A stretch of 64,000 nucleotides of DNA from the human T2T-CHM13v2.0 reference genome, Homo sapiens, in NCBI GenBank assembly GCA_009914755.4, contig CP086569.2:34752001-34816000 (forward strand), in the 5' to 3' direction. The notes under the pieces were generated by a model. It ran no database searches. It saw only the letters and a list, made by a program, of their open reading frames with translations, and had not been told where the DNA came from. Both the position numbers and the translations under genes were made by a program. Below, in pieces: positions 1 to 64,000 of the stretch; position 1 is the stretch's first letter, and the number at the start of each line of letters is the position of its first letter.

Positions 1-680
1 AACTATATATTATGTTATATATACTTTTATAACATAATTTACATAAAATATCATAATATAATATATACTATATTATTTCATATTACATAATATATATTAC
101 ATATCACCCAATATAACTAACATACATAATATTATAATATAGATTATATTATGTTATATTAAATATCATATATATCATGTATCATATATTCTATAATATA
201 TATTACACATTATATAATATGTATGTTGTCTATTATGTGATATATATAACTATATATAATTATATTTTTATACATATAACTAGATAAACATGTAATTCTA
301 CATATTTTCATTTATAATATGTAGAATTCTATAATCATATATAATTATTTATATTCTATAAAAAATTTTATCATTATATAAATTATAATATATAAAAATT
401 ATAATATGTACTACAAATATATATATTATATATCCTATATGATATAGTACCTTTGTTATATATCATAATACATATAAATGTGTATTATGTTTTCTATAAT
501 TATATAATTTCATATATAAGATGTATAATATGTATCATATATTATATATGTTATGTAATATAATTAGTATATATAAGATGACACAGGCTAAATATTATAT
601 ACTATGACATATAAAATATATGAGGTTATATGTTACATATAAGGCATAGCACATAACATGTAATATATATCATATATAAT
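1..680. repeat. Partial unit U0: 3' part of an AT-rich block from the unit that starts upstream of the window
   Basis: Colinear with the AT-rich tails of later units (e.g. 2418-3097). Only copy with an intact GAATTC at 324-329. Confidence 0.85.
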
Positions 681-977
681 TTTTTTTTAGACAGAATCTT
701 GTCCTGTTGCACAGGGTGGGGTACAATGGCGCCATCTTTGCTCACTGCAATTTCTGCCTCACGGGTCCAAGCGATTGTCCTCCCTCAGCCTCCCAGGTAG
801 CTGGGACTACACCACACTGGGACTACACCAGCTGCCACCATGCCTAGCTAATTTTTTGGATTTTTAGTAGTGACAGACTTTCACTGTATTGGCCAGGATG
901 GTCTTGATCTCTTCACCTTGTGATCCCCTTGCCTTGGCCTCCAAATTTGCTGGGATTACAGGCCTGAGCCAAGATCC
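681..977 (-). mobile_element. Alu SINE (old AluS/J-like, ~297 bp, minus orientation), copy in U1
   Basis: Reverse complement of the Alu consensus: poly-T, 'agacag..tgctcactgcaa..cctcagcctcccaggtagctgggactaca..ctaattttttg..tttttagtag..ggccaggatggtcttgatctc..gctgggattacaggcctgagcc'. Diagnostic 'caagcgatt'. CpG decay. Confidence 0.92.
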
Positions 978-1545
978 ATATTTTTTAAATGAAAAAAAAT
1001 TTCAAAGGTACTTTGCTTGGTACAATAATCAAATGTATAAACTGAGGAATAAAACATACCCATGAAACCTACTTATAACTGCATATGGAAAATACAGAGG
1101 ATAATTTTTTAAATAACATATTTTGAAAGCCTTAACTAGTAATTTGAAGAGTTGGCATTTGAAAGGCCAGTATGAATATACCTTCAAAGCAGCAACACAG
1201 GTTCCCCATGAGAAAAAGCAAACACAGGGAAAATAAAAACACAAAGGTTCAATCTCTTCTGACCTTTGAAAGACACAGCACAGACAGTGGTCCTTAGGAC
1301 GAAGAGCAGGAGACCCCTAATTCCGTCACCATGGCGATAGGGCATAAACATTGCTGGGTGAGGGCACAATCCACATTGTGAGGTCCAACTGCTGCCAGGA
1401 AGACAGGCGTGCTTTTACATAGACCGAAAGGTCATTGAAGGCTCAGAGTTTTGTTTCAAGAACTGAATCCCAAGCCCACACGTTATTAGGCTGCGCTTCT
1501 TAAAACAAGTTATAACATGGGAAAAAGGGCACCCACAAACATACG
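978..1545. repeat. Representative conserved non-Alu segment of the unit (~570 bp, ~40% GC); present once per unit directly after each Alu
   Basis: 'atattttttaaatgaaaaaaaatttcaaagg...gggaaaaagggcacccacaaacatacg' recurs in every unit with a few percent divergence. Holds the spurious 61-aa and 71-aa minus-strand ORFs. Confidence 0.85.
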
Positions 1546-41789
<40,244 letters not shown>

Positions 41790-42087
41790 TTTTTTTTTAA
41801 ACAGAATCTTTTCCTGTTGCACAGGGTGGGGTACAATGGCGCCATCTTTGCTCACTGCAACTTCTGCCTCACGGGTCCAAGCGATTGTCCTCCCTGAGCC
41901 TCCCAGGTAGCTGGGACTACACCACACTGGGACTACACCAGCTGCCACCATGCCTAGCTAATTTTTTGGATTTTTAGTAGTGACAGCCTTTCACTGCATT
42001 GGCCAGGATGGTCTTGATCTCTTCACCTTGTGATCCCCTTGCCTTGGCCTCCAAATTTGCTGGGATTACAGGCCTGAGCCAAGATCC
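41790..42087 (-). mobile_element. Alu SINE copy (U18)
   Basis: Poly-T at 41790-41798. Confidence 0.9.
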
Positions 42088-44202
42088 ATATTTTTTAAAT
42101 GAAAAAAAATTTCAAAGGTACTCTGCTTGGTACAATAATCAAATGTATAAACTGAGGAATAAAACATAACCATGAAACCTACTTATAACTGCATATGGAA
42201 AATACAGAGGATAATTTTTTAAATAACATATTTTGAAAGCCTTAACTAGTAATTTGAAGAGTTGGCATTTGAAAGGCCAATATGAATATACCTTCAAAGC
42301 AGCAACACAGGTTCCCCATGAGAAAAAGCAAACTCAGGGAAAATAAAAACACAAAGGTTCAATCTCTTCTGACCTTTGAAAGACACAGCACAGACAGTGG
42401 TCCTTAGGACGAAGAGCAGGAGACCCCTAATTCCGTCACCATGGCGATAGGGCATAAACATTGCTGGGTGAGGGCACAATCCACATTGTGAGGTCCAACT
42501 GCTGCCAGGAAGACAGGAATGCTTTTACGTAGACCGAAAGGTCATTGAAGGCTCAGAGTTTTGTTTCAAGAACTGAATCCCAAGCCCACACGTTATTAGG
42601 CTGCGCTTCTTAAAACAAGTTATGAGATGGGAAAAAGGGCACCCACAAACATACGTATACATTATGTATATAATAATATACAGTATCATATATATAATAT
42701 ATATAACCTATGTATAATATTGTTTTACATCCTGCATCTTCTGTTATATATATTGTATAAAATATAATAATTGATAATATATAAGTTTTATAATTATACA
42801 ATATGACATATAGTATATATTATAATTTATGACATATATAATATATGTTATATATCATATATAGAATATATTATACGGTTAATATACGTATTAAATATAA
42901 ATTATACATTATATATATTATATATAATATATCTGTTATATATAATACCCATTATGTATAATATATATATTATGTCTATGTTATATATAGTATAAAACAA
43001 CATATAATAATATATAATTGTATATATAAAATGCGACATATAATATATATTATATTTTATAACATATGTAATATATATTATATATAATACGTTGTATGTA
43101 TAATACCTATATTAAATATATATTATATGACTATGTTATTAATTACATGTCACATGTGTTATATATTATATATTTTACATAGAATATACCGGTTACATAC
43201 AATATATACTATGTTACCTATAATGTATAGTTTATTACATGTAAAATAAAGAATGCAATATATTATGTAAAATTTATAACATACAATATGTGGAATGTGA
43301 TATATATAACATATAATATATGATATATGATATACAATATATGATATATAACATACAATATATGATTCCTAATATATATGGTATACAATATATATTTTAT
43401 GATATGTATTCTCTATGTTTTATATTCTGTTATATATAACTATTTGAAATTATATATAACTGTATAATATTTTATGTAAATATGTAATATAATATATATA
43501 ACTATATAATATATTATATATAACTATATATTATGTTATATATACTTTTATAACATAATTTACCTAAAATATCATAATATAATATATATTATATTATTTC
43601 ATATTACATAATATATATTACATATCACCCAATATAACTAACATACATAATATTATAATATAGATTATATTGTGTTATATTAAATATCATATATATCATG
43701 TATCATATATTCTATAATATATATTACACATTATATAATATGTATGTTGTCTATTATGTGATATATATAACTATATATATAATTATATTTTTATACATAT
43801 AACTAGATAAACATGTAATTCTACACATTTTCATTTATAATATGTAGAATTATATAATCATATATAATTATTTATATTCTATAAAAAATTTTATCATTCT
43901 ATAAATTATAATATATAAAAATTATAATATGTACTACAAATTTATATATTATATATCATATATGATATAGTACCTTTGTTATATATCATAATACATATAA
44001 ATGTGTATTATGTTATCTATAATTATATAATTTCATATATAAGATGTATAATATGTATCATATATTATATATGTTATGTAATATATATAGAATATATAAG
44101 ATGACACAGGATAAATATTATATACTATGACATATAAAATATATGAGGTTATATGTTACATATAAGGCATAGCACATAACATGTAATATATATCATATAT
44201 AA
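41790..44202. repeat. Unit U18 (2413 bp): Alu alpha ('aaacagaatcttttcctg') + conserved A/B hybrid
   Basis: 'gcaaactcagggaaaataaaaacac' at ~42330. Confidence 0.85.

Positions 44203-64000
<19,798 letters not shown>

Noticed and set aside
681-977. Alu copies as active Pol III transcription units or ncRNA genes
   Set aside because: Box A and box B equivalents carry CpG-decay mutations ('ggcctgagcca', 'gtcttgatc'), the element is 5'-truncated and shows heavy CpG decay. I annotate them as SINE relics, not ncRNA genes.

Overview
Primate (human-type) satellite DNA, not prokaryotic. The whole 64 kb is one head-to-tail tandem array of a composite unit of about 2,418 bp (2,413–2,421 bp). It holds 26 complete units plus partial units at both edges, so the array is longer than the window. 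Each unit has three parts. First, an old Alu SINE (~297 bp) on the minus strand; its poly-A tail shows as poly-T on + (AluS/J-like 'gggtccaagcgatt', heavy CpG decay, a shared internal ~16 bp duplication). Second, a ~570 bp non-Alu segment of about 40% GC, conserved between units. Third, a ~1.55 kb block that is mostly A/T, with TATA-like low complexity and satellite-I-like 'acataaaatatcataat' motifs. The unit size, the Alu + AT-rich + conserved architecture and an in-silico HaeIII map (GGCC sites clustered in ~275 bp, leaving a ~2.14 kb GGCC-free fragment per unit) fit the classical human Y-chromosome DYZ2 / satellite I 'HSat1B' repeat of Yq12. This is recognition from memory, not a database hit. 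I find no credible protein-coding genes, rRNA/tRNA genes, CRISPR arrays or operons. Every ORF in the six-frame track is 60–74 aa and recurs at the 2.4 kb period, so they are repeat artefacts. The array is not homogeneous; it is a patchwork of unit subfamilies. Conserved-segment subtypes: A = 'gcaaacacaggg..aaaaacac..caatctc', B = 'gcaaactcaggg..aaaaccac..caatctc', C = 'gagaaacagcaaactcaggg..aaaaccac..caagctc', D = private. Alu subtypes: alpha = 'agacagaatcttgtcctg..ggtggggtac', beta = 'agacagagtcttgtcctg..ggtggagtac', gamma = 'agacagagtcttgtcgtg..ggtggagtac'. There are runs of near-identical neighbours, a dimeric higher-order stretch, register-shifted duplications with breakpoints inside the AT-rich block, and a ~3.6 kb+ variant block that recurs 18 units apart. 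I see no novel biological system; the interesting signal is the internal evolutionary structure of a known macrosatellite.
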